Shown here one piece after another: positions 27,935 through 36,873 of a stretch of DNA of 64,000 bases (the stretch's first letter is position 1; the number at the start of each line of letters is the position of its first letter). The stretch is from IMG/VR virus record IMGVR_UViG_3300038463_000730, positions 62,001-126,000 of that record; one strand, written 5' to 3'. The notes beneath the pieces were generated by a model. That model worked only from the letters and a program-made list of their open reading frames with translations, was not told where the DNA came from and did no database searches. A program made the position numbers and the translations under genes.

Positions 27935-28654
27935 TTACGGAGTCGAGCTACGGGACACAACTCCACGACGTTTCTTCGCGATAATGATTCCGGTTGGCTC
28001 GGCCGCTGGTGCCTCGGCCTCGGCTGCCTGAGCCGCTTGCAATTCAGCAACTTCGGCCTGCAACTTTGCTTGCTTCGCAGCGCGCATTGCATCGACCAAT
28101 GCATTTGGTAGCTCGTGTTCGCTATCCAAATCCAATCCATCGCCCTGGCCATCATCTTCGCCAATTTGTGTATCGTCACCGACCGATTGCGTGAAATCAT
28201 GAGGACGATTCAGTTCCGTAGCGAACGTTTCTCCCGAGATCACGACCGAACCATTACGGTTCACAATCGGTGCTGGTCCGGCATTAGGTTTAGGTCCCTG
28301 AAGCAATCCGGCCTTACGAGCAGCCTCGATGATTGCTAAGCTCTTCGTATAGTCATCCTCTGATGAGCTAACCGTCATCGAACGAGTCGATTCATTTGAG
28401 ACACTCTTGATCGGCTGTGGACGTGATACTGGTTTTACCATTGTTTCGGCAACAGTCTTTCCAACTGAAAAATTGTGGATTTGCTCCACTGCGCCACTCG
28501 CATTTGACACGATCAATACATCGATCTTTGCTACAAGGGCATTAACCTCTCGAATCTGATCCTTACGGATACCGGCAAAGAACCCATTGGAAGCATCGAA
28601 CAAATATCGACGCAATGTGATCAGATTATTAAGCTCACTTAGTGGGATTGACAT
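27935..28654 (-). CDS. hypothetical protein, largely disordered C-terminus
   Basis: 239-aa ORF in the operon. Confidence 0.7.
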   Translation of the reverse strand: MSIPLSELNNLITLRRYLFDASNGFFAGIRKDQIREVNALVAKIDVLIVSNASGAVEQIHNFSVGKTVAETMVKPVSRPQPIKSVSNESTRSMTVSSSEDDYTKSLAIIEAARKAGLLQGPKPNAGPAPIVNRNGSVVISGETFATELNRPHDFTQSVGDDTQIGEDDGQGDGLDLDSEHELPNALVDAMRAAKQAKLQAEVAELQAAQAAEAEAPAAEPTGIIIAKKRRGVVSRSSTP

Positions 28655-28997
28655 TTACATTTCCTCTTACGATGGCGCCTTCTTGGCTAATTGAATCAGA
28701 TTTGGTTAGACCATACTGCATGAATAGCTGCATGATCAGGTTCTTATACTGCAACTCCGCAACCTCAGCATCGGAGGTTGCCTTATCAGCAATAGCCTTT
28801 GCTAAGTTACGTTTGTTGTTCTGACGCTCCAACATCTGAACCTCAGCATCACTCAATCTCGAAGGCAGATCGGTAGGCGTGACGGTTGGACTGGGCGCTG
28901 GCGGCGGGACGGTCGAAACTGTTGGGACGGGCGCCGGTACGACACTTGGTGTCGGTGCTGGCGCGCTTGGTGGAACACTCTGAACTGGATCACTCAT
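28635..28997 (-). CDS. hypothetical protein (Pro-rich N-terminus, coiled coil)
   Basis: 120-aa ORF with GGAG RBS. Confidence 0.75.
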   Translation of the reverse strand: MSDPVQSVPPSAPAPTPSVVPAPVPTVSTVPPPAPSPTVTPTDLPSRLSDAEVQMLERQNNKRNLAKAIADKATSDAEVAELQYKNLIMQLFMQYGLTKSDSISQEGAIVRGNVNVNPTK

Positions 28998-29040
28998 GTT
29001 GTTAACTCCGTTGAATCTTCATATAACGGAGTTAACAACA
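28997..29040 (-). promoter_or_regulatory. perfect 16-bp inverted repeat sequestering the RBS
   Basis: TGTTGTTAACTCCGTT (28997-29012) / AACGGAGTTAACAACA (29025-29040), 12-nt loop. Confidence 0.8.
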
Positions 29041-29054
29041 GTTGATACGAATTC

Positions 29055-30350
29055 TTACAAAATCGTAGCGGCTTCCGTTGCCAATGGTGATCTTTCACCC
29101 TTGCTGAATGTAACATGCCCTGACAATTCTGACTTTCTGAACTTCTCAACAACGTATGTTAATCCGTTATTTATTGCGTCTAGGTTTTGGGAGTCGATCT
29201 GCTCGATATCTCCCGTTAACACAATCTTTGTCCCATGACCGGCTCTCGTCAAAATAGTCTTTACTTCATCCTTAGAAAGGTTCTGGCATTCATCGATGAT
29301 AATCATCGCGTTCGGAATTGAACGACCACGAATGTACGTAAGAGCATTCATCTCGATACGTCCTTTTTCGCAGTACATGTCCATCATAACTTGCCATTTC
29401 TCTTTTGACTTCGAGCTGAACAAATACTCAAAGCTGTCCATCACGGCTCCCATCCATGGCTCAAGCTTTTCGCTCAATGAACCAGGAAGATAACCGATAT
29501 CATTCCCCATCGGTTGAATCGGGCGGTACACAATCAGCTTGTCGAACTTCTTGCGCTCTAGCACCATTTCTAGTGCCGCTCCGACGCTGATCAATGTCTT
29601 GCCCGAACCTGCCAAACCGATCAGGCTGACTAATGGTAGCTTCGGATCTAAAAGCATATTGATGGCGTACGATTGCTCACGGTTACGAGCCTCCAGACCC
29701 CATGGATTCTGGTTCTGAATGACGCGCAAACGGTCGCCGATGCGGCGTCCAATCGCGATGCCGAGGCCCGATTCATCGTTGATCTGAACACATTCATTTG
29801 GCTGAATCTGGAGCTTACTTCCTTGCAAGTCAAAGAAGCCCGTGTCTCGTAACGTAACACCCATCTTCGTATCGACGATAGTCTGGTAGCCAGTATACAG
29901 ATCGGTAAGGTTTGATGAACCCTTCTCGTAGTTTTGCGAACCCAATCCGATTGCTTTCGCACGGATTCGCAGGTTAATGTCGCGGCTTACCAATACGGTT
30001 TCGCGATCTTTGAATTTCAATCGATACGCTTGGGCACATGCCAAGATCTTGTTATCACCGTAGCTCGCGTCATCTCCAACACGTACAACGTGTGTCTTGG
30101 AGTCGATGCGAAGGTTGATATTTCCGTCCAAACGAATTGGCTTCGTGACGTTTGCTGTGGCGCAGATCGCGTCTAGCAAACGAATTGTCACACGAGCATT
30201 TTTGCCAGCGGCATTCGATAGCTTTTTAATCTTATCGAGTTCGTCTAGGACCGTGATCGGTATGATCACGTCCGACCCCTTGAATTCCTTGATGGCTTGT
30301 GGGTCATGTGCGAAAACAGATGTATCGATTACGTAATTTTTTCTAGGCAT
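29055..30350 (-). CDS. phoH: PIN-PhoH (PhoH2/YlaK-type) ATPase
   Basis: PIN: VIDTSVF, ELD, DNKIL, VSRDINLR; PhoH: GLAGSGKT, GYLPG, YIRGRS, IIDECQN, LTGDIEQID. Confidence 0.93.
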   Translation of the reverse strand: MPRKNYVIDTSVFAHDPQAIKEFKGSDVIIPITVLDELDKIKKLSNAAGKNARVTIRLLDAICATANVTKPIRLDGNINLRIDSKTHVVRVGDDASYGDNKILACAQAYRLKFKDRETVLVSRDINLRIRAKAIGLGSQNYEKGSSNLTDLYTGYQTIVDTKMGVTLRDTGFFDLQGSKLQIQPNECVQINDESGLGIAIGRRIGDRLRVIQNQNPWGLEARNREQSYAINMLLDPKLPLVSLIGLAGSGKTLISVGAALEMVLERKKFDKLIVYRPIQPMGNDIGYLPGSLSEKLEPWMGAVMDSFEYLFSSKSKEKWQVMMDMYCEKGRIEMNALTYIRGRSIPNAMIIIDECQNLSKDEVKTILTRAGHGTKIVLTGDIEQIDSQNLDAINNGLTYVVEKFRKSELSGHVTFSKGERSPLATEAATIL

Positions 30351-30368
30351 TAGTTTCCTGTCTGAAGA

Positions 30369-30752
30369 TTACTTCAGATCGGGGTTTCCATTAGGTTCTT
30401 CAAAAACAGAAGAACATGTGACGCGCATTTCTAAATAGATTTTCTTTCTCGGATCGACCTGTGAAGCGTCGATCTTTCGAACATATTTCGGTTTACTCCA
30501 TTCTGCGATCTTTTTTCGCGCTGAATATATCTCTAACGCACCATCGACGGACTCGACAATAATCAACTCTTGCTCAAGCAGTAATGCTCGCAGTTTGATC
30601 TTTGTTTCTACTGACAGTATCGATTCCTCAGGTGGCCAGAATTCCGGATGAATATCCATTGCTTCTAATATTGATCGAATGAATTCTGCTTTTTGCTCAC
30701 CTTCACATTGCTTTAAGTCAGCAGTGGAATCGAGTAAGACTGTATACGTCAT
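30369..30752 (-). CDS. hypothetical protein
   Basis: 127-aa ORF. Confidence 0.7.
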   Translation of the reverse strand: MTYTVLLDSTADLKQCEGEQKAEFIRSILEAMDIHPEFWPPEESILSVETKIKLRALLLEQELIIVESVDGALEIYSARKKIAEWSKPKYVRKIDASQVDPRKKIYLEMRVTCSSVFEEPNGNPDLK

Positions 30753-30788
30753 CTAAAAGGTATGTCAGAAAATGGATACGTAAGCCCG

Positions 30789-30815
30789 AAAAACAAAAAG
30801 CCCGCATAAGCGGGC
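30789..30815 (-). terminator. rho-independent terminator
   Basis: Minus strand GCCCGC-TTAT-GCGGGC followed by TTTTTGTTTTT, 4 nt after the stop of 30820..31164. Confidence 0.85.
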
Positions 30816-30819
30816 CGGT

Positions 30820-31164
30820 CTAAACCATAATACGATATCTTTTGCAATATAAGGCAGCTGGGCACTTCTCTTGCGAATACGAAGGGTATGTATTAAATTC
30901 ATGATCAAACAATGCTATGCCCCACTGTCCCGCTAAGAATGCAAAAATAGCTTTCCCATTACGATTAACTTTGTTGATACAGAATGTTGTCCCACAATCT
31001 TTACATGTATAGATTAGGTTGGCTACGGCCGAATCAATCGATCTTGATCTAGTATGCCATTGGTCTTCAGTTAGATGTTTGAGGCGTTTTAGTATTTTGT
31101 TTGCCTCAGCTATTATCCTAGGTTGCTCGGAGTCAAAGATAATGTTCCCACCATCAATACTCAT
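30820..31164 (-). CDS. hypothetical protein (CKDC motif)
   Basis: 114-aa ORF, ATGA overlap. Confidence 0.65.
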   Translation of the reverse strand: MSIDGGNIIFDSEQPRIIAEANKILKRLKHLTEDQWHTRSRSIDSAVANLIYTCKDCGTTFCINKVNRNGKAIFAFLAGQWGIALFDHEFNTYPSYSQEKCPAALYCKRYRIMV

Positions 31165-31571
31165 GCCATTACTTGGAGCTTCCTACAGACAACGATTGGG
31201 TCGATCCGATCTGTTCCCGTCAGCGCCATCAAGTGACGATCGAATCGGACCGTTTGAATCGTTCGACATCCGAGCCAAAGGCAATACGTTCCACTAGCTT
31301 CATTGATATCGAACCGCATCTTGCATTGTGGATCGGTACAGTCGATAGAAAAGGCGTCAACAAACGATGCTACTGGTAATAGCGTGCCATCTTTGAAATT
31401 TTGATGATGGCTCACATCATACCAGTCCCGGTCGAAGTGATGCCGGTAAGTCTTTTCCAACACTTAAGTCTTTTCCAACACTTCGCGACAATGCTGTTTC
31501 AACCTATTCGTTTCAGGGCTACCTTTAATCATGTAGCCAGCTACAACTACATCATTTGCCTCTATCGACAT
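31161..31571 (-). pseudogene. hypothetical gene interrupted by an in-frame TAA created by an 18-bp tandem duplication
   Basis: Starts at a TAATG overlap with nrdJ: MSIEAND...CREVLEKT*VLEKTYRHHFDRDW...; removing one repeat unit restores a 130-aa ORF. Confidence 0.7.
31447..31482. repeat. exact 18-bp tandem duplication
   Basis: (TAAGTCTTTTCCAACACT)x2. Confidence 0.95.
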
Positions 31572-34072
31572 TACCCGCATTTACTATAGCCGCAATTGAC
31601 ACACTTCAGGCATCCCTCCTGATAGATAATTGCGTCCTTCTGACAAGTCGGACAAACCTTGTCCGATGCGGACTTCGTCCCATCCGTAATGTACGATTTC
31701 AGGACTCGTCCCATGACTCGCGAGAAGCTGGTCATGTCGGAAAACTTGTCCTTCTGGAGTTGCTCCATAACGAATTGTGGCGGGCAACCATGACGAAGAG
31801 CCAGCGAAATGGTTCGCGTAAAAGCTCCGTAGTTAGCATTCTCGAAAACGCTCGCAATGTTCTTGATAACCATCTCGTCGTCATCTTGACCTACCACCAA
31901 GTTGTAGGATGTCACTCCATCAACCTTGCCATTCTTCACAATTCTACCGTGTTTGTACTTGTTCGGGATATCGACATACTTCGACAACCCTCCGAATACC
32001 TCGTACGGTCGTCCGTTCAGCATCCCGACAAAAATGGTCCAACCTTCGCCCTGTACTTTTGCCTTCTTGATATCGCAAGGAAGCTCGACCGGGCGTTTCG
32101 GAGCCATCATGATTTCGACATCGGTGGGCCTGATCATCGGATCTCGGGCTTGCTGTTTCTTGTGCTGATCTTCGCTGACCAATACACCGGAGCGACAACC
32201 ATCACGGTAAACTGTAAAGCCTTTGCATCCCTGCTCCCACGCCATCATGTAAACGTCCTTGACAACATCTACAGTCGTGTCAGCCGGAAGATTACATGTC
32301 TTCGAGATCGAGTGACAAATCCACTTTTGCGCCGCTCCCTGAAGTTTGGCCGAGGCAACCCAATCGATCTCGTTCGACGTCGCTCCGTAATAGGGTGATT
32401 TCGAAATATCGGTCTCACCTGTCACGTCCATCCACTGTTTCACTCCGGGATGGTAAACAGTAAACTCCTGCCACGAATCACCCATCGCATCAACGAAGTC
32501 CGTTCTGGCATTCTTGTCGTTCGGATTGATCTTCTTCCGACGAACATACGACAGAAGATACGGCGGTTCAATTCCGGAGGTTGTTTGGGTCAATGTACTG
32601 ACCGACCCAGCCGGAGCGGTCGTGGTCAGGGCGATATTCCGACGTCCATTCTTCTTGTAAAGCTCATAGACCTCCGGTGCAGCATCCCAAATACGCTGAA
32701 GGAACGGGTGGTCCTTTTCCAAAGCATGATCAAAGATCGGGAATGCTCCACGCTCGCCAGCCAGGATACACGTCGAACGATACGCATTGACCGCCAATCC
32801 CTTGTAAATCTCTTCTGTAACCCGGATCGACTCATCGGAGCCATAACGGATGCCGAGGGCTGCTAGGGCGTCTCCAAGCGCCGTAATGCCTAATCCTGTG
32901 CGTCTACCGCTCAAGCAGGCCTTCTTGATACGTTCCCAGAGTTCAACCTCCAGACGTTTGATATTGGCAGGCTCGGGATCTGCATGGATCTTGGCCAGAA
33001 TCCGATCGACACATTCGGTTTCCAAATCAATAATATCATCCATCAATCGTTGAGCCTGAACAACCACTTCACCGTACTTCTTGTAATCGAAACTTGCTTT
33101 GTCAGTAAACGGATGTTTCACGAACCCCATTAAATTAACCAGCAATAGACGACACGAGTCATCTGGTGAAAGAATAATCTCTCCGCACGGATTCGTGCTC
33201 GTGCTGCGGAAGCCGAAGTCCTTGTAGATATCGGCAGGGCTGTACTTCTCGGCTGTGGACCAGAACAAGATTCCGGGCTCGGCCGAGGCATGCGCGCATT
33301 CGATCAATTGATCCCAAACTTCACGGGCACGCACTTTTTTCGAAACCAATGGATCAGAAGAATCGACTGGCCAACGTTGTTCGTATTCCTGATCGTCTTT
33401 AACTGCCTGCATAAATTCATCCGAGACACGAACCGACACGTTCGCTCCGGTGACTTTCTTCTTGTTCTGTTTGATCTTGATGAATGTTAAGATCTCAGGA
33501 TGGTGAATCGAAATGGTCAGCATCAACGCGCCACGACGACCGTTCTGAGCGACCTCGCGACATGTAGCACTGTACCGTTCCATAAAGATACCGATGCCAT
33601 CGGTTGTCTTCGCGGCATTCTTGGTCGGAAGCCCTTTCGGGCGAATATTCGACAGGTCGAAACCGACTCCTCCACGACGTCGCATGATATGAGCTTGCTC
33701 TTGATCCGTTTGCATGATCCCGGCATAGCTATCAAGCGGTGAGTTCAGCACGAAACAGTTCGAGATCGACATAATCTGATACGGATTACCAATCCCGGCC
33801 ATAGGAGATCCCTGCGGCACAACATAGCGGAAATCCTTGAGTAGATCGTAGATCGCCTGCTTTGATAACGGATTGGCATAGTTCGACTCGATGCGATGGA
33901 ATTCACTCGCTAGACGCCAATGCATATCGTCCGGAGTCAATTCGTCATAGACGCCATCTTCCGCAGTCAATGCGTACTTATCAGGAAACAACTTTGCGGC
34001 GAATTCATCGCCTCCAAAGTAGGTTAGTGAGGCATCTAGGACTTGTTGATAATTGTATTTTGATTTTGTCAT
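31571..34072 (-). CDS. nrdJ: class II (adenosylcobalamin-dependent) ribonucleotide reductase
   Basis: SNCFV, GGVG, TNPCGEI, RRTGLG, TTAPAGS, SISKTCN, KGFTVYRDGCR; C-terminal TSCPD-like region and CPTC..EGCLKCVNCGYSKCG; no beta-subunit gene nearby. Confidence 0.92.
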   Translation of the reverse strand: MTKSKYNYQQVLDASLTYFGGDEFAAKLFPDKYALTAEDGVYDELTPDDMHWRLASEFHRIESNYANPLSKQAIYDLLKDFRYVVPQGSPMAGIGNPYQIMSISNCFVLNSPLDSYAGIMQTDQEQAHIMRRRGGVGFDLSNIRPKGLPTKNAAKTTDGIGIFMERYSATCREVAQNGRRGALMLTISIHHPEILTFIKIKQNKKKVTGANVSVRVSDEFMQAVKDDQEYEQRWPVDSSDPLVSKKVRAREVWDQLIECAHASAEPGILFWSTAEKYSPADIYKDFGFRSTSTNPCGEIILSPDDSCRLLLVNLMGFVKHPFTDKASFDYKKYGEVVVQAQRLMDDIIDLETECVDRILAKIHADPEPANIKRLEVELWERIKKACLSGRRTGLGITALGDALAALGIRYGSDESIRVTEEIYKGLAVNAYRSTCILAGERGAFPIFDHALEKDHPFLQRIWDAAPEVYELYKKNGRRNIALTTTAPAGSVSTLTQTTSGIEPPYLLSYVRRKKINPNDKNARTDFVDAMGDSWQEFTVYHPGVKQWMDVTGETDISKSPYYGATSNEIDWVASAKLQGAAQKWICHSISKTCNLPADTTVDVVKDVYMMAWEQGCKGFTVYRDGCRSGVLVSEDQHKKQQARDPMIRPTDVEIMMAPKRPVELPCDIKKAKVQGEGWTIFVGMLNGRPYEVFGGLSKYVDIPNKYKHGRIVKNGKVDGVTSYNLVVGQDDDEMVIKNIASVFENANYGAFTRTISLALRHGCPPQFVMEQLQKDKFSDMTSFSRVMGRVLKSYITDGTKSASDKVCPTCQKDAIIYQEGCLKCVNCGYSKCG

Positions 34073-34156
34073 TCTGAACCTTTAGATAAGAACTATCCCG
34101 TCACGACACGAGGTAGTATCGAGTAAGTTAGTGCCAATACACTGAGCGTTAGCTAG

Positions 34157-34780
34157 TTATAGTTTGATATTCTCCCGGATAACGCCAAGTGCCGAGTTGA
34201 TCGTCTTCATGCACGATGGCCGGGAGAGATTCTTACGTTTGCAGATCTTGTTTATCGACAAGGGCTTGTCCCCTGTAAAACCGAAAGCGAGTGACACGAC
34301 CTCGCGCTGATCTGTACTGAGATCCTTCATGGCGATCTCGACTGCCCGCTTGAGTTGGTCGTCCTCCAAGATTACATCCGGATTGAAACGCGGCTCGATC
34401 ATAATCGGCATAGTCGATTCTTTATGAGGAGGAGTATTCTTCGCGAACTTCAAAGGATACCGAATTGTTGTATGTAGATTAGCTGACCGACTAATCCTCG
34501 TGTCAATATATTTGTGGACCCACCAAAAGAAATTACCTTTGTTGGGATTGTAATTATTCATCGCTTTCAACAACGCCTCATAACCCTCCTGCATTAAGTC
34601 TTCGTGATTACTGAAACCTTTGTACTTGTTCGTACGCATCGTAACGAGGTACCGGAACTTCTCCATACATAGTGTTTCTAGCCTTTGTAGCTCAAATTTG
34701 CATTTTGGGTCTGACTTCGCTTTTTTTCTGAGTCGAACAAACTCAGACATTAATTGTTGGGCTTCCTGATGTGATATCAT
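34157..34780 (-). CDS. sigma-70-family RNA polymerase sigma factor
   Basis: Region 2 EDLMQEGYEALLKAMNNYNPNKG.F.WW; region 4 LSTDQREVVSLAFG...HTH. Confidence 0.9.
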   Translation of the reverse strand: MISHQEAQQLMSEFVRLRKKAKSDPKCKFELQRLETLCMEKFRYLVTMRTNKYKGFSNHEDLMQEGYEALLKAMNNYNPNKGNFFWWVHKYIDTRISRSANLHTTIRYPLKFAKNTPPHKESTMPIMIEPRFNPDVILEDDQLKRAVEIAMKDLSTDQREVVSLAFGFTGDKPLSINKICKRKNLSRPSCMKTINSALGVIRENIKL

Positions 34781-34799
34781 ATTTTCCTATCGTGAAATA

Positions 34800-34989
34800 T
34801 TGACACTAGAAATGCAAAAACTGCCAGACGGTTAAGCGTGGTGGCAGAATTAGATTGCACCATATGTTCGATATCCCGCGTTTGCGGGCTTATCGTCATT
34901 ATGCCAACTTTCTTGATAAACTTCATCTAATGTCAACGTGTATCTCTTTGTAACGTATAGTTAATAGCTCAATATTCCTATACTGCACG
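34800..34989 (-). ncRNA. candidate structured RNA (five-way junction plus abutting hairpin) upstream of the sigma factor
   Basis: 11-bp closing stem 34800-34810/34926-34936 enclosing four nearly abutting helices; the irregular pairs read as G-U on the minus strand; family not recognised. Confidence 0.55.
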
Positions 34990-35023
34990 ATACTTCCGCG
35001 ACACTTCCGTAACAGGCCCAAAA

Positions 35024-35185
35024 CTACTTGTTTATAAGCTTTTCAGAGCGTTTCGACTCCTCGTCTTCGAGGTTGTCGATGACTTGTTCGATGGTCGATT
35101 TGATGAGTTCGACATCATCCAGAGAAAGCAAAAACTTCAATACTTTGATCGAGCGCTTCAGTCCTTGTTTGGTGTCTCCGGCCAT
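35024..35185 (-). CDS. small hypothetical protein (53 aa, not in ORF track)
   Basis: MAGDTKQGLKRSIKVLKFLLSLDDVELIKSTIEQVIDNLEDEESKRSEKLINK*, starting 2 nt after the upstream stop. Confidence 0.65.
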   Translation of the reverse strand: MAGDTKQGLKRSIKVLKFLLSLDDVELIKSTIEQVIDNLEDEESKRSEKLINK

Positions 35186-35187
35186 GG

Positions 35188-35475
35188 CTATTTACCGTAG
35201 TTGTCCCGGGCCCAGCCACCGCCCACTAGCTGAAAAGATGTCTTACTGATTAGTCTGTCTGGCTTGGCAAAAACGGGCGAACCTAGCTCATGTTGCGTGC
35301 AATAGATGCAGTACGTAATCCCCTCTTCGTGGATAAATACGGCTTTGCAAGCCTCACACGTGTACTCCAACTTCTTTTCCTCGATACACTGAGGACAATT
35401 GATCATCCGTTCGTTCATCTTATGAACGGCTTCGAACACACCGTGTTCCTTACAAGAGTACTCGTATATCGGCAT
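35188..35475 (-). CDS. FmdB-family zinc-ribbon protein with an extra Zn ribbon
   Basis: MPIYEYSCKEHG.FE...CPQC...CEAC..CIYC...RLISKTSFQLVGGGW. Confidence 0.85.
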   Translation of the reverse strand: MPIYEYSCKEHGVFEAVHKMNERMINCPQCIEEKKLEYTCEACKAVFIHEEGITYCIYCTQHELGSPVFAKPDRLISKTSFQLVGGGWARDNYGK

Positions 35476-35501
35476 CAAACCTCTACTAATAGTCCTAAGT
35501 A

Positions 35502-35792
35502 TTAGTCCCTGCTGGTAACATTTTTGTTGTAGCGTTCTTCGCCAACCAAGTTGGCCCGATAGTTCACATCAGTGTTCATTCGGTGCTTCATATCTCGGAC
35601 GTCAGCCTTAACCTTGTTTTTGAGGTCTTGACCAGTAAGCTCAACAATACCCCGCCCGCTACCACCCGAAATAAGCCTCTGTGCCTCGGATCCACACGTC
35701 GGACAAACTGGTACAGGCGCCGTAATAGAATAGAAATCTTCAAACTCGTGGTTACATTCTTCATTCTTACATTTGTGTTCATAACTGGGCAT
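35502..35792 (-). CDS. FmdB-family zinc-ribbon protein
   Basis: MPSYEHKCKNEECNHEFE...CPTCGS..QRLIS. Confidence 0.85.
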   Translation of the reverse strand: MPSYEHKCKNEECNHEFEDFYSITAPVPVCPTCGSEAQRLISGGSGRGIVELTGQDLKNKVKADVRDMKHRMNTDVNYRANLVGEERYNKNVTSRD

Positions 35793-36183
35793 CACGTGCT
35801 TCCTTTGCTTTACGTTGTTTTATATAGAAAGATTCGGTAAGATTCTTCAGACCCTCTGCTGATTGCATGGCATTTTTGATCATCGGATCAGCCGTAACAC
35901 CAATCTTCGAGACTGGTATTTCGAACATAACACCATCCGATGTATGGTAGCACCAACGGCTTTCTTCCATATCAATCTTGGATGATGTACGTGGCTTAAA
36001 ATCTTGATCAAAGACAATTGATAACGTCTCATCACTTTGTACATAGCGTATGAAATGCACTAGCTCGACCGTTACATCAAGATGAGTCCCTAAATGATTC
36101 ACAAGGTCTCGACCGAGCTTCATGAAGTCATCGTACTTCTTGGTCTCGGTAATTGGTTTCATTTCTCCAACAGTGCGCAACAT
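35779..36183 (-). CDS. hypothetical protein
   Basis: 134-aa ORF in the operon. Confidence 0.65.
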   Translation of the reverse strand: MLRTVGEMKPITETKKYDDFMKLGRDLVNHLGTHLDVTVELVHFIRYVQSDETLSIVFDQDFKPRTSSKIDMEESRWCYHTSDGVMFEIPVSKIGVTADPMIKNAMQSAEGLKNLTESFYIKQRKAKEARDAQL

Positions 36184-36184
36184 A

Positions 36185-36367
36185 TCATTCCTTGAATAGA
36201 ACTAGTTTCTTATTGATTATACGGAATGATATATCTCCGGTCCAGTTTTGTTTGATGAACTGTTTGTAACGAGTATCCTGTACCTTGAAGACAATGTACA
36301 ATTCATCCGTGTTTTCGTCATATTCTACGCGCACGGCCTCAGCTACTTCTTCGAAATCTTCTTTCAT
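36185..36367 (-). CDS. small hypothetical protein
   Basis: Likely start MKEDFEEVAE, after the upstream stop. Confidence 0.6.
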   Translation of the reverse strand: MKEDFEEVAEAVRVEYDENTDELYIVFKVQDTRYKQFIKQNWTGDISFRIINKKLVLFKE

Positions 36368-36378
36368 CTGGTCCGTTT

Positions 36379-36873
36379 CTACATCATCACCATGTACGCT
36401 CGTGACTTCCGAACGCACTCATTGACTATCTGTATAGTCTGCTCCAACGTGACAAACCCTTTGTTGTCAATATACGTAGCCTCGAAACAGTCGCCAAGTT
36501 CCAGGGTTTTGAATAGTTCGCCAGGATTGATACCGCGACGCTTGCCAGGGAAATGCTTCATCATATCTGCTTGATAACAGACCTCAATGGATAGCTTCTG
36601 AACCATAGTCCAGTCTTGAAAGGGCTCGAACATGAATGCTGGTGACGAGAACACCTGGCTCTTTGTGTGACCGATGACTAACTTGATAGAGAAAACCTTC
36701 GTGTTCAACACAACGTACGTGAAGTTATCGTTGTCGTTTTTGGTCGTCAGGATTCGAGACCTATAAATCGTTTGCAGCAATTCATTTTCGTTATCAAGTT
36801 TTCCGGTAATATAGTCTTTTTGTCCATACGACGTGTTCGACCCCGGAGCAAGTGTATTAGGAAGAGTGATCAT
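36379..36873 (-). CDS. hypothetical protein
   Basis: Likely start MITLPNTLAPG; the track start overlaps the upstream gene too far. Confidence 0.6.
   Translation of the reverse strand: MITLPNTLAPGSNTSYGQKDYITGKLDNENELLQTIYRSRILTTKNDNDNFTYVVLNTKVFSIKLVIGHTKSQVFSSPAFMFEPFQDWTMVQKLSIEVCYQADMMKHFPGKRRGINPGELFKTLELGDCFEATYIDNKGFVTLEQTIQIVNECVRKSRAYMVMM

Noticed and set aside
31447-31482. Direct repeat as a CRISPR mini-array or att site
   Set aside because: Only two copies with no spacer, inside a coding frame, and no cas or integrase gene in the window.
31556-32398. Long antisense ORFs (this 280-aa one, 3281-4036, 27147-27725, 54928-55548 and similar)
   Set aside because: They are shadows of well-supported genes on the opposite strand and show no motifs.
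34800-34936. Two TTGACA hexamers as sigma-70 -35 boxes, or the element as a cobalamin riboswitch for nrdJ
   Set aside because: Neither TTGACA has a credible -10 at 17 bp, and they are better explained as the two arms of one stem. I could not find the conserved B12-box or GGGAA elements.
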